From Octopus sinensis (Eukaryota): 64,000 nt of DNA. Positions within the stretch are counted from its first letter, which is position 1. The number at the start of each line of letters is the position of its first letter. Made by a program: the position numbers and the translations under genes. Location: positions 18,910,001 through 18,974,000 of the forward strand of contig NC_042997.1 in the NCBI RefSeq assembly GCF_006345805.1, given 5' to 3'. The notes beneath the pieces are model-generated. The model saw only the letters and a program-made list of their open reading frames with translations. It had not been told where the DNA came from and searched no databases. This document shows, piece after piece, positions 12,760 through 25,249 of this stretch.

Positions 12760-12975
12760 ACCATCACCATCGTCATCATCCTCGACATTTAGCATCCATT
12801 TTCCATGTTAGCATGGGTTGGATAGTTTGACAAGAACTGGCAAGGTCAAGGCCCACACCAGGTTCCTTAGTCTGTTTTGACTTGGTTTCTACAGCTGGAA
12901 GACCTTCCTAATGCCAACCACTTTACAGTGTGTACTGGGTGCTTTTTACGTCACCAACACCAGGGATTTTTATGA
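12760..12975 (-). mobile_element. RTE-type 3'-end repeat, short copy
   Basis: Reverse complement of the ggcattaggaagg...ccaacccatgctaacatggaaaa...(GAT)n tail. Confidence 0.8.
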
Positions 12976-13111
12976 GGCATCTTGGTTTTAGTATATCAAT
13001 TCTCTTGTGGTAAGCTGGTTTTCTTAAGTACACCAATGCACCATATATACATATATATATATCAGTCCTTTGTCATTTCCTTTATAAGGCTCAGCATTTT
13101 CAATTATTTAA

Positions 13112-13575
13112 GAACAAATGTTTATCAGTACAAAATGGAAATTACTGTAGACCAAGATTTACACATTTCATCCATGTTGTCAACAGAAATAATGGAAGGT
13201 CAAGAGGAAAATGATGCATTTAGGGAAGTTGAGAAATTTGCATTAAAAAAACTCAGGTGAAATGGATTCCTACTCAGACTTGTACAGATATCATTTGACA
13301 ACTATGGAATGGTAGCAAACAGAAACAACTTTAAGCAAAGATACTATCTGTAGCTAATATATCATTATAAGAACTTAAACCATTGCTTTTAGTGTGTATA
13401 CATCGTACATTGGACTCTGTTTAAACTGTTACCTGATGTATTGCTAAAAGCAGAAACTAAAATTAACAACCTCAGGAGAAGAAAACCAGCAGGGTTGATT
13501 TGTGACTTAGCTCACAGTGGTTTACACATAATAAGTATTTATGATGTTCCATTTTGAACTGATAAACATTTGTTC
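13112..13575. mobile_element. Possible MITE: 29-bp terminal inverted repeats around a ~400-bp interior
   Basis: gaacaaatgtttatcagtacaaaatggaa (13112-13140) matches the reverse complement of 13547-13575 at 28/29 positions. Confidence 0.45.
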
Positions 13576-14539
13576 CTAGACATTTGAAAACAATATTTGG
13601 AAACAAGTATTCATGAAAATATAATGTGGCTCGTAAAATAACTAAGTGCTGAAAGGTACTGGTGAAAAAATGCTTTACACCATATAAATCTGAAAATTGT
13701 CAAACTTTTGCTGGTTCTTAAAGCCAGTATTTTACTGAATTATACCTATAAAAGTATTACATCATGAAATAAGAATGACATTTGCTTACTGTCCCTTAAT
13801 ATGTTTTAATCAATGACACAGATCAGGGGAGTTTTGAACTCATTACCAGTGGGTGTTAGACTTAATCCATCACCCAGTTTAAACCACAAATCTGGTCCAC
13901 TCATGCAACATGCTTTTGGATGACATCTGTCTCAGGATAATTGCTACTCTTACATCCACTAGTCTCAGACGTTCTGTAAAGAGTCACAGTTATTACCCTT
14001 CCCCCAAACTAAACCAATAAAACAAAAGCCAAACATCGAAATATTCAGCATCTTTATCGACACTAAAAGAATAGACTAATAACGGTTACTTTCTGGAATA
14101 ATTTTGGGAAGAAGCATTGAGAAGGCTTTAAGATACTCTGATTTTATTGCAGTCATTGATACTAACAGGTGAAGAATTTAACTTAAAATTTATCTGAATA
14201 CAAATAACATCTCGATGGGGTTTTCTTTTCATCATTTCTTTTATGTCATCATACATATCACCAAATAGTTCTACACACTTCTCTTTAAAATATGTTTCAC
14301 TATTCTGAGGTTCCTATGTACTTTAATAGTTTAAATAGCATTTTGTATTGGTTAGCATCATTGTCTTAGAATGCTATGTATTTGTGAATGTCTTGATTTA
14401 ATTAGTCAAGGTCTTTCTATGAATGAAGCCTAAATTATCTATGTGTGCTGCAGTAATATCCTCCCAGGTATGAGAATAGTGCTCTATTGTGAGGCCCAAA
14501 TGAGCTTTTGTAGAGAGTTAGTAGTTCTGGGGAGGTGCT

Positions 14540-15150
14540 GAAGTATTATCTGGCTTTGAATAGGTAGACCAGTATAAGATGAAGAATTTGGAGAACCAAA
14601 CCATACCATGAGGAATATCCAGACTGAATAAGACATGGGTAAGAGAGAGCTCTGTCAGCATACATTGTGGAAGTACAATCTGACAGAAAGCCACTAATCT
14701 GAAAAAACAGAAAGTAGATAGAACCCAGAGGCAGGCAATTATTTCTAAGAGATTCCTGTAACAAACATTATCAAAAGCTTTCCTGATGTTGAGGGCAATA
14801 ATATTTCTTCCACAAAATGATAAGTCCACTAGTGACATAAGAGAATAGATATTCAGTGTGGTAGTACCAAAGGTGGGAAAGTGATTCAGAGTGTTAGAGA
14901 AGTTTGTTGTTAATGGTTATCTCCATTACCTCTCAGATATTAAGCATGAGTGAAATATGTTTGTAGTTGCTATTTACCTAGAGTATGCAGCAGATAGTTG
15001 ATGGCAAAATGATCTCAAATGTGGAGGCTTTCTCTGCAAAAGTATGGCTCACAGTACAACCTCATAGTTGAGAAGTGGAGGAAAGGAGGGTTGGCCGTAA
15101 TTTGGGAAGCAGGATAGCTTCAGGGGTGTGTGATGGCATAGATGTAAAAG
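14540..15150 (-). mobile_element. CR1/Jockey-like LINE RT remnant
   Basis: Reads EVMEITINNKLL, ALNIRKAFDNVCYRNLL and ISGFLSDCTSTMYADRALSYPCLIQSG, decayed RT domains 2-4. Confidence 0.75.
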
Positions 15151-16227
15151 TTTAACATTATACATATCATTCCTATATATTACACTTATTCAACATTATA
15201 TGCTAACCACTTCTCAGTGATAAACAAGGCAATTCCTGCTGACTATCTAAATCTCCCTAGATTTTTTCTTTGTTTTCTATTCTGCCTAGTGAGAAAGAGT
15301 TTTGCAGCAAAGAAGTGGAAATATTGATAGGTAAGTATCTTCATACAAATTATTCTCTTGAAAGCATGTAGATAATGAATATTATACTTCTTTTGGTGAT
15401 GATGAAGGAAGAAATACAGCTATTTTCCTGGATAACTACGGCTAGTAAGGATAAACGATTTTTGTAATAAGATATATGTATATTTGGGAGAAGATAAAGG
15501 TAAAAGTAATCTATAGAGTAACATGTGGTCAATTATAAGCTGAATGACTGTAGCCTATATAGAATGACAAGCAAATAAAACTTGTTTAGGGAGCAGCATA
15601 GTGAGACAAGTTGAAGAAATCTAATGGATTGTCAAAGTTCCGAGGTATATTTATGTAATAAATCCTTTGATTAGATTAGGAAAATGTCATGTCATTTAAG
15701 AAGACTGGTTGGTTGATGAAACACAGAAGCTAAGCTCTTTATAGCTGCACCCACAACGGTTGATGTAAGATAATTGTATTATGAAGGCATCTTCACAGTA
15801 GCTGCAGAGATGTGGTTCTGACTACTGTCAATGCAGTTTATAAAAAAAAAAGGAAAACTAGTTTTTCCTGGAATTCTGTTTATGAGAATTCTGTTATGTA
15901 ACATGGTCTCAGTAAAAGACTAGCTATCTATAATCATTTCAGTAAAAAGAAGATAACATGAAATACTGAGAAAGGAAGAACTTAAAATAAAAATGTTATA
16001 TCTTCTTTTACTAAGTCTATCACTGCTGGTTACAACAAACCACATGTCACAGATTTATCGAGCACCCTATCAACTGAGGATATACATTTACTAAGTCTTG
16101 GTCCAAAATTGATTTTAGGTCTGTGAGTTAATGACAAACTAGAGCTTGATATAGATACTAAATTCTGTAATCATATATCAGAAAGCAGGGGTTAAGAATC
16201 ATATATCAGAAAGCAGGGGTTAAGTGA

Positions 16228-17085
16228 CCCATCTGTTCGTGTCCGCTGTCAGCCTCGTCTGGCACCCGTGCCGGTGATACGTAAAAGCACCATTCGCTCA
16301 TGGCCGTTTGCCAGCTCTGCCTGGCCCCGTGTCGGTGGCACGTAAAAGCACCATCCGTTCGTGTTCGTTGCCAGCCTCGCCTGGCCCCGTGCCGGTGACA
16401 CGTAAAGGCACCGTCCGTTTGTGGCCATTGGCCAGCTCTGTCTGGCCCCGTGTCGGTGGCACGTAAAAGCACCATCCGTTCGTGGCCGTTTGCCAGCTCT
16501 GTCTGGCCCCCTGTCGGTGGCACGTAAAAGCACCATCCGTCCGTGTCCGTTGCCAGCCTCGGCTGGCCCCCGTGCCGGTGACACGTAAAAGCACCGTCCG
16601 CTCGTGGCCGTTTGCCAGCTCTGTCTGGCAACCGTGTCGGTGGCATGTAAAAGCACCATCTGTTTGCGTCCGTTGCCAGCCTCGGCTGGCCCCCGTGCCG
16701 GTGACACGTAAAAGCACCATCCGTTCGTGGCCGTTTGCCAGCTCTGTCTGGCCCCGTGTCGGTGGCACGTAAAAGCACCATCCGTCCGTGTCTGTTGCCA
16801 GCCTTGGCTGGCCCCCGTGCCGGTGACACATAAAAGCACCGTCTGCTCGTGGCCGTTTGCCAGCTCTGTCTGGCAACCGTGTCGGTGGCACGTAAAAGCA
16901 TCATCCGTTCGCGTCCATTGCCAGCCTCGGCTGGCCCCCGTGCCGGTGACACGTAAAAGCACCGTCCGTTCGTGGCCGGTTCCCAGCTCTGTCTGGCCCC
17001 GTGTCGGTGGCACGTAAAAGCACCATCCATTCGTGGCCGTTCGCCAGCTCTGTCTGGCACCTGTGCAGGTGGCACGTAAAAAACA
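16228..17085 (+). repeat. GC-rich tandem array of 14 x ~61-bp units inside an RTE-type 3' end
   Basis: The gtaaaagcac motif recurs about every 61 bp from ~16281 to ~17076, in two alternating unit types. Confidence 0.95.
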
Positions 17086-17260
17086 CCCACTACACTCGCG
17101 GAGTGGTTGGCGTTAGGAAGGGCATCCAGCCGTAGAAACACTGCCAGATCTGACTGGGCCTGATGAAGCCTTCCAGCTTCACAGACCCCAGTTGACCCGT
17201 CCAACCCATGCTAGCATGGAAAACGGACGCTAAACGATGATGATGATGATGATGATGATC
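17085..17260 (+). mobile_element. RTE-type 3' terminus and (GAT)n tail
   Basis: gagtggttggcgttaggaagggcatccagc...ccaacccatgctagcatggaaaacggacgctaaacgatgatg. Confidence 0.9.
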
Positions 17261-17534
17261 TCACCAACTAAAACAGATATCAAATTTAAAGCCCACCTCA
17301 CTATCCTTCTGTAATATTATTTGTAGTTCTACCTCTGCTATGACCACCACTAAATTACCCACCTACAACCTAGACAACCTGCTTCATCTTCCTTCTTCTA
17401 ACCCTGAACTTAAAGTTAAACTAATAAGACTCAAACATTCTTTTTTCAAATCCTTACAAAAATATGAAACTTCTCTCTTTCATCTCTCTGGGCCACAATT
17501 CCTCACTCTATGAAACCAATATTCTGAAGATCTT

Positions 17535-18460
17535 ATATATGTACCTTCATACGAAGGGAGTGATTTTCATGTTATCAATGAGAAAAATAAAAAGAACTAG
17601 CATTTGATCACCTAAACAACACTATATTATATGAAAAAATTCAATAACTTCCCTTCTAGCCAGCTCAAAGCTACTTTAAGCCTTTTGTTACCAACACGGC
17701 TGAAAACAGCTCTGGCCCTGTAGTACAAATGTCTTGTTTTCATAAGTTTTGAATTAAAATTTTCCACCAAACCTTAGTCACAATTTATGTTCCTAATACT
17801 AGCTTAATGATAACTAAGTTGCTTTATTAAATTCTTTGTTATATTTTAAATAATTGAAAGAAATATAGAGCATCTCAAAATAAATACAGTAACAAAAGGG
17901 TTAAACATCTGCTAGATGAATATCTGTGAAGTGAGATGTTTTTCAAACAAGATAAAGTGCAACTTCATCACAAGAAATAGTACACCCCTCACCTATCACA
18001 TCATAAAAGCACATAAATCAGACCAAATTTTAAAATTAGACTTATTATCTCCAATATTATTGGACGTCTCTACAAAAACCACTTGGCTTCTCTCTGTATA
18101 TTCTCAAGTCATTACTTCAAACCTTCCCAGGACATGATGAAAGTTCCACCAAACTCATCAACAAATTAAAAGAGTTCAACCCATCCATATTTAGTAAAAT
18201 TAGCTACCCCTTTAGCTTACATGTTGTTTCCCCTATACATCTATGTCTCTGCAACCCCAGCTATCAACTTATTAATTGCCACCTCTCACCACCTTAACTG
18301 CTTTGGGCTCATAGCTCCATGAACTCTTAACTGCTATAATGGACAACACCTTCTTCCAGTGAGATGAGCCAATTTACAAACAAATATCTGGACTGCTGAT
18401 GGGTGAAGCTTGTCAAGCCAACAAGCTGTCATGTACATGGAACAGTTTGAATGTAGGGTA
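17535..18460 (+). mobile_element. Penelope-like element RT remnant, interrupted by a MITE
   Basis: Reads YVPSYEGSDFHVIN, TPLTYHIIKAHK, FSLHVVS(LY) and PIYKQISGLLMG, in the order expected for a PLE RT. Confidence 0.7.
17680..17900 (+). mobile_element. piggyBac-type MITE, 221 bp
   Basis: TTAA at 17676-17679 and 17901-17904, termini gccttttgttac...gtaacaaaaggg. An inverted copy lies at 38121-38340. Confidence 0.85.
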
Positions 18461-18849
18461 CTCAACAACCATCACTTCTATGCCTTTCTTTCTAGATTAG
18501 TGGTTGACATCATATGTCTGCTTTTCTATGCTACCATGGGTTAGACAAAGATATCATTATTGCATTGTTTTACAACCAGATTCTTTTCCTGGCACTTATT
18601 CTTATCTGCTTTTTAAGAATGGAAATTTTTATTCCACATAACTTTGAAACCATGGAGCAAGAGGAGCTATTAATTGAAGAAATACCAACATCAATACTGC
18701 ATGAATGTAATAACTTCTAAAATAAACAGTCAAAGATGTAAACAAACACATAGACATATACATGTGCATATACATATATATGCAGAAACTTCTTAACCTC
18801 ACAGCCTTGTCTGTGCCTTTCCATATAATTACTGTCTACCAAATCTCTG

Positions 18850-19480
18850 AACTCTGGGCCTCACAGAGCCAACGACTAGCGACCAAGACCTTTGGCGATA
18901 TGCTGTGCTTGAGAAAACACATCAAGCCAAGTGAACTTGCAGTCATGGCTGATGCTGGTGTCAAATAACTGCCACTGATGCAGTTGGCACGTAAAAAGCA
19001 CCTTTTGAGCATTGAGTCCCATGGAGGCAAAGTGGTTGAGCTCCTTTCGAATGTTGGGCCCCATTGAGGCAATGACTGAGACCTTTGGAATTATGTTGTA
19101 CTTGAGAAGACCCATCAAGCCAAGTAAAATCGTAGTTGTGGCAGATACTGGCGTCACACAAATGGCACCCATGTTGGTGGCACATAAAAGCACCTTTCAA
19201 GCATTGGGCTTCATGGCGGAAATGATTAATTCATTTGACACTATGCCATGCTTGAGAAGAAGACCCATCAAGACATGTAAAACTACACTCGTGGAAGATA
19301 CTGGTGTCATGCAAATGGCACCCAAGCCAGTGGCACATCAAAGCACCCATTACACTTTCGGAGAGGTTGGTATTAGGAAGGGCATCCAGCTGTAGAAACC
19401 ATGCCAAAACAGACTGGAGTCTGGTACAGCTTTCCAGCTTGCCAGCCCTGGTCAAACTGATGATGATGATCTGACATAAG
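18850..19480 (+). mobile_element. Three tandem RTE ORF-end/3' UTR units plus tail
   Basis: Repeated GLTEAMTxDxDLWxxAVLEK-like coding end plus gcacgtaaaaagcacc, ending in the shared ttaggaagggcatccagc...(GAT)n. Confidence 0.8.
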
Positions 19481-19631
19481 TCAAAAGTTCTTGTTGCTTT
19501 GTTAGCAATCGGCTTGAACTCTCTCAAGAGGAACTTAAGTTAAACCCAAAGAAAAATCATACATACACACATACATATGTGCGTACATCCATACATGCAT
19601 ACATACATGCGTACATACATACATACATACA

Positions 19632-19663
<32 letters not shown>

Positions 19664-20899
19664 CACATACATACAAACTTACATACATAGAAATAGACCA
19701 TACAGAGTAGGGACAAAGATTGTTGTCATTAAAAAATTCGAGTAAGTTTGGCTTTTATTTAATTAACCCTGCCATAGTAAGGAACATCTAATTCAATATA
19801 AGAAGATATATGTATGTATAGTTAGTATTTTTGCCTTGTAGTTTTCAGTCTTTGGCCTCTACTGCAGTTCTGTTGCTTATGAAGCCTTCTTGTTGATGCT
19901 AATGTTTACTAGCTATTATGGGGAATGCAATAAAATCTACTCTATGTATCAGCAAAATCTTATTGAACCTAACATTTAATTCTGCCAGGATTAATAAAAT
20001 AAGTAATATTAATGTACTAAAAGCTTAAATTTCACTTTAGTAAAAAGCTTCTTATGCCTAAATATGAATTCACTATTCTAAAATTTTGCAAAATGTTTAG
20101 TGCAGAGAGAGAGAATTAAGATCCCAGTTAGCCACATTTGTTAACGTTTTCTTTATTTTTTTTAATGTTACCTGTAGAAGCCATTCTATTCCACATATGC
20201 ATCTATTCTCTAAGGAAAGGTGCATACATCAAAACATCCCATTTCCGCTCTCTCTAAAAATATACATATATGTATCTCTCTTCAAAGGAAACCAATATTT
20301 TAAAAATGAATGCATGCATACACGTAAATGAGTGTGCTCAAGCATGCACGTGTGTACGAGCTTAGCAATTTAGTTGAGCAGTTCATGTTAGATGTATCCA
20401 TTATCCCATTTTACCACAATTTAGATGACTGAAAATTCAAGCATTTCTATGATAAGTTGCAATAAGAATTGTTTTCTCTATTGTGTGTTCTACCTTATGC
20501 TATGACCAATCAACTATGATATGGAAATATCATGTATTTTTTCAGTGAAGTATTAATGTATTGCAAAATATTAAGGATATTCCAGTACTCTTATTGTTAC
20601 CATGTGTTTTCACTCTACTGCAAAGCATAGCTTCCTGTATCTTGGATGTGTGCAACATTTATTTATATATTAATATTATAATGCTGAGAGTACATAATAG
20701 GTTCACAGTGGCTCGTAATGCTATTTTCTTTATGAAGTAAGTCCTAGAGCTTTGATTATGTATTTGTTTGCTATTATTTTGTGCCTATAGTAAAAGGATT
20801 ATCATCATCATCATCATCATCATCATCATTATTATTATTATCATTATTATTATTATTATTATTATCATTATTATTATCATTATTATTGTTGTTGTTGTT

Positions 20900-21700
20900 G
20901 TTCACTTGTCTTAACTTTGCTGCATTACCAAGTGTAGCTCTCTGTGCCAATGGAATGTGCAGTGCTTTCAATAATGCATATACTGTACACTTGTCTGTTA
21001 CCTAGCAGTGTTATTTTCCATATGTTGTGCATTTTCTAAGTCCTAGTTTTTGGTTATCCTTTTTAAATTTGCAAGGTACATATTTTATAGGGGTTGCTTC
21101 AGTTTTCTCTAGTATTTTGATAATTTCACCAACTCTTTTAGAAATACATTATTATTAGTTGGCACTAGATTGGCAGGTATGTTTTTTCCCTAGTTTTCTT
21201 TGATAACAGTATCTGGTTGATTATTCTCACTTGCCAATTGCTCTAGCATTTCTTCTCTGTAAAAGTACTTATTTTGAAACCAATTGCAGAATTCATTGTA
21301 TGAAATTTTTTCTCATCAATGTTGGAGGTTTGCTGGCTCTTCTCTCTCTTTCTCCATCTCTTTATCTCCTATCAAAATAGTGCAATGAGTTAAAATATTC
21401 CAATGTTGTCTCTTCTGTTTCACTGAGTTTTATAATCACTGTTTGGACTAATGGTTTCAAATGCAGTAATTTTGAGGCTGGTTACACATATTTTTATTCT
21501 CTTCCTCATAAACGTTAGTAATCTGTTTGCATGTCATTTTAGACACATTTATTGTTTTCTCTTCTTCGTCAATGTTAGAAAGCTGTGTGTATGTCTTTAT
21601 AGATAAATTTTCATTTTGTTTTCTTCTTCTCATCAACTTTAGAAACAGATATATTTTTACTTTGCTTTCTTTCATCAATGTTGGAAACTTGTTTGCTAGC
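20900..21700 (-). mobile_element. Decayed R4/Dong-like LINE fragment
   Basis: Minus strand ends IPLAQRATLGNAAKLRQV followed by (AAT)n/(GAT)n, resembling the RLE C-terminus. The interior is heavily degraded. Confidence 0.45.
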
Positions 21701-21994
21701 CCATGATGTGTCTACTCAATCCTGCCCCACCAGCTATACCTTCTCTTCATGGCAAAACATTTTGTCCAATGCTCTAATAATTCGACCAGCTTGCCACCTT
21801 AGAAGTAGTTATAGTAGTAGTAGTAGTAGTAGTAATGCATTTGAAAGTATTGGACTAAGTAGCGATAGAAAAAAACTAGCGAAGTAGAAGAACAGTATCG
21901 GAGTATTTTATTTGTCTTATTGTACATTTGTGACTGGGTGGAGAGGTGGCTAGTGGGCTTCTAACATTGGTGAGAGAATGCTGTAACTAGTTTC

Positions 21995-22999
21995 AAAATA
22001 ATAATGAGGGTTCCCTGATCCCTTATCTGGTGGGCAATGCAGAAACTGGGGATTGACGAATGGTTAATAAGGGCTGTACAGGCCCTATACAGAAATGCCC
22101 TTAGTAAGAATAGGGTTAGCAATGAGTATAGTGAAGAATTCTGGGTAGAAGTAGGGGTCAACCAAGGATCAGCCCTCAGGCCCCTCTTATTCATCATATC
22201 CTCCAGGCAGTAACAGAGAAATTCAAGAGAGGTTGCTCCTGGGAACTCATCTATGCTGATGATCTGGCCCTCATAGCAGAATCACTACTAGAACTAGAGA
22301 AGAAATTTCAGGTTTAGAAGCAACATTTAGAATCGAAGGGCCTTAGAGTCAATGTCACAATGACCAAAGTTCTAATAAGAAGGAAAGTGAAGACCCAGGA
22401 AGACATGGGATGAGGTGGTGAAGCATGACCTTTGAATGTTGGGCCTCACAGAGGCAATAACAAAAGACTGAGACCTTTGGAGATATGCTGTGACTGAGAA
22501 GACCCAGTAAATAAAATAAGATTCCAGCTGTAATGTACACCAGTGTTGCATAACCAGCCCACTCAAAAAGTGCCTTTGGATCATAGGGTGACATGTAGTA
22601 TTTGAGGAGCCCAATTGAGTCAAGTACATCATATCCAAATCAAATCAAATCACAATCAAATGGAAATTGTAGTTTTGGTCCCCGTGCCATTGGCACGTAA
22701 AAAGCAATATCTGAATGAGGTCGATGCCAGCCCCTCACCCCAACTTGCTCCTGTGCCAGTAGTACATAAAAAGCACCATCCAATCATGGTTGATGCCAGC
22801 ACACTCTGACTCCTGTGCCAGTGACATGTAAAAAGCATGCGCTACACACTTGGAGTGGTTGCTGTTAGGAAGGGCATCCAGCTGTAGAAACACTGCCAGA
22901 TCAGACCGGAGCCTGGTGCAGCCTCCTGGATTCCCAGACCCTAGTCGAACCATCCAACCAATGCCAGTATGAAAAACGAATGGAAAACAGATGTTAAGC

Positions 23000-23035
<36 letters not shown>
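21995..23035 (+). mobile_element. RTE-clade LINE fragment: RT core, ORF end, 3' UTR and tail
   Basis: Reads LIWWAMQKLGIDEWLIRAVQALY, EEFWVEVGVNQGSALRPLLFII, WELIYADDLALIAES, LESKGLRVNV, then RPRKTWDEVVKHDL and the shared (GAT)n tail. Confidence 0.9.
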
Positions 23036-23429
23036 AGGTCAAGTCTACCAAGCTTTCTTGGTGATGTGGGTGGTATCTGGACACCCCACAAGAAGAAAAT
23101 CAAAGTCTGTCTAAGGGTGAAGAAAGTCATAAGCGTCAACAACTTCCAACAGTGTGTTTATAAGTGTGGATATGAACTTTTTGAGCCTTGTTGGTAGCGT
23201 ACTTAATGATGATGTCATGATTAAAATACTGGAGAGCCTTATAAATGCTCTCTCAAAATGGGCAAAAATGTCAAACTCAAAATTAATAACTACGTTATTA
23301 TGAATATGTTTACAGGGGCCAGAACTGTCAACAGTGAAGAAATTGCACATAGAAGGCATGAAGAGTTTGATCACGATCCGGCAGGTCATCATCAATCTAT
23401 TGCTCAGGTTGAGGATCAAAGTCAAAGGT

Positions 23430-23800
23430 GCAGTGCAAGAAAAATGAACTGGGGAAAAGAAGTAAAAAAGATTGAGATTGAATTTTGGTTGAGGAATGAG
23501 CCAAAGAAATGAGGTTTCGTGAAATGAATGAAGAGGGTATGGGATAAAAATGTGTCTTTGATGTTTCTGCCCAATGACCGATAGACCAGGCAAGGATAAC
23601 TCGAAGTTGAAGAAATTCAGAGAAGAGATAAGGAAGAGTGTGAAGACACCATGGTAGGAAGTGTGTGCAGATGGAACAAAACAGCTCACTTTATTATTCG
23701 CAGAACAGCGTAGAGAAGTTACTTAAGGCAATGAATAAAGAACAGGTGATCAAGAATGGAAAAAGAAAGAATAACAAAAGGAAATTCAAAGAGAGCATGT
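23430..23800 (+). mobile_element. R4/Dong-like ORF N-terminal fragment
   Basis: Reads ARKMNWGKEVKK..EPKK*GFVK*MKRVWD..DQAR, similar to the N-terminal motif at 25400. Confidence 0.5.
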
Positions 23801-23861
23801 TAAATAGATTGAAGATCTAACCTTTGCATGATCAGTTCTGGAAAGCCACTGAGGATGTATA

Positions 23862-24265
23862 CTCTTTTACTTGTTTCAGTCATTTGACTGTGGCCATGCT
23901 GGAGCACCGCCTTTGGTCGAGCAAATTGACCCCAGGATTTATTCTTTGTAAGCGTAATACTTATTCTATAGGTCTCTTTTGCTGAACCGCTAAGTGAGAG
24001 CGTAAACACACCAGCATCAGTTGTCAAGCAATGTTGGGGGTGGGGGACAGACACAGACACACAAACGTATACACACACACACACACACATATATATACAT
24101 ATATATGACAGGCTTCTTTCAGTTTCCATCTACCAAATCCACTCACAAAGCTTTGGTCGGCTTGAGGCTATAGTAGAAGACACTTGCCCAAGGTGCCACG
24201 CAGTGGGACTGAACCCTGAACCATGTAGTTGGTAAGTAAGCTACTTACCACACAGCCACTCCTAT
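23862..24265 (-). mobile_element. tRNA-derived SINE family 1, full length
   Basis: Reverse-complement copy of 6443-6842. Confidence 0.9.
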
Positions 24266-25249
24266 GTGGAACAAATCCTATGTTTGGTTGAAAATGGGAC
24301 AAGCTGTTCAAGATAAAGTACTGCAAGCAAACAACATGAGAAAATGTGTACTGGGAGATATTGTCCGTAAAATGTAGAGTATGTGAAATTTGGAATGAAA
24401 CAATGACACACATTGATGCAGAATACCCCAACCTGGTTAGGGAGAATAAAGGAAATGTAAATATGTGAAAGTTTTACACTTTTAAAGCTTTGTTAGAAAA
24501 GTGGGTTTGAAGCAGAAAGTACTTGATGGGTTATTGAATTCCTGTAGTTATCTAAGGTTAGAGTAACCCACTATCCACATGAATTCTTCAAGGATAAGAC
24601 CAATCCTGAGTGAAGACGATGACGACGATGATGATGATGATGATGATGAGGAGGAGGAAAAATTCACTGTTACTGAAGTGAGGAGAGGATGAAAAGTAGA
24701 CAACAGTGGATACCAAATTCCAGATGATGTGAGGATTAAGAGAAGTGAATGGGGAGGGTTACACTTATGTTTGTGTTTTAGAATTGTAGAAGCAAACCTA
24801 TAATAAGACCAACCAAAAGAGAAAGAATGGTGGGCAGATAACCATAAATGTTTTGAAAAAGTTGATTTATGATTTACACACTCTACTATGCAACGCTCCT
24901 CCAAAAACATACAAGAATAAACTCATACCATAAATACCCAACAAAATGAATGAAGCCCACAACATGTGCCATAACAGAAGATTCAAACCTAACCCCATAA
25001 CAAAACATGCTGATACAATACAATATCCCCCACAAAAAAAACAAAAAACAAATGCAGCTGACACCACAGCACAAAGGGGCAACAAATGATGCAATAAAAA
25101 GTTGCTTGAAACTGTCAAGTGTCGAAAGATAATAGTGGTAATGACGTTGGTGATGAACGTAACCTCTCCTCAATTTATAAGATGAGAGTTTCTGCAGAAA
25201 CTCTGATTGTAACAGTTAAAATGAAGCTGGACCTTTAAGGGAAGGCCTC

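Noticed and set aside
16228-17085. CRISPR-like regular spacing
   Set aside because: There are no unique spacers, the whole unit repeats, there are no cas genes, and the context is eukaryotic.
16206-17204. 332-aa ORF plus 254-aa and 197-aa overlapping minus-strand ORFs
   Set aside because: All three frames are open because a GC-rich ~61-bp unit has no stops on that strand and rotates frame each unit. The peptide is a pure repeat translation.
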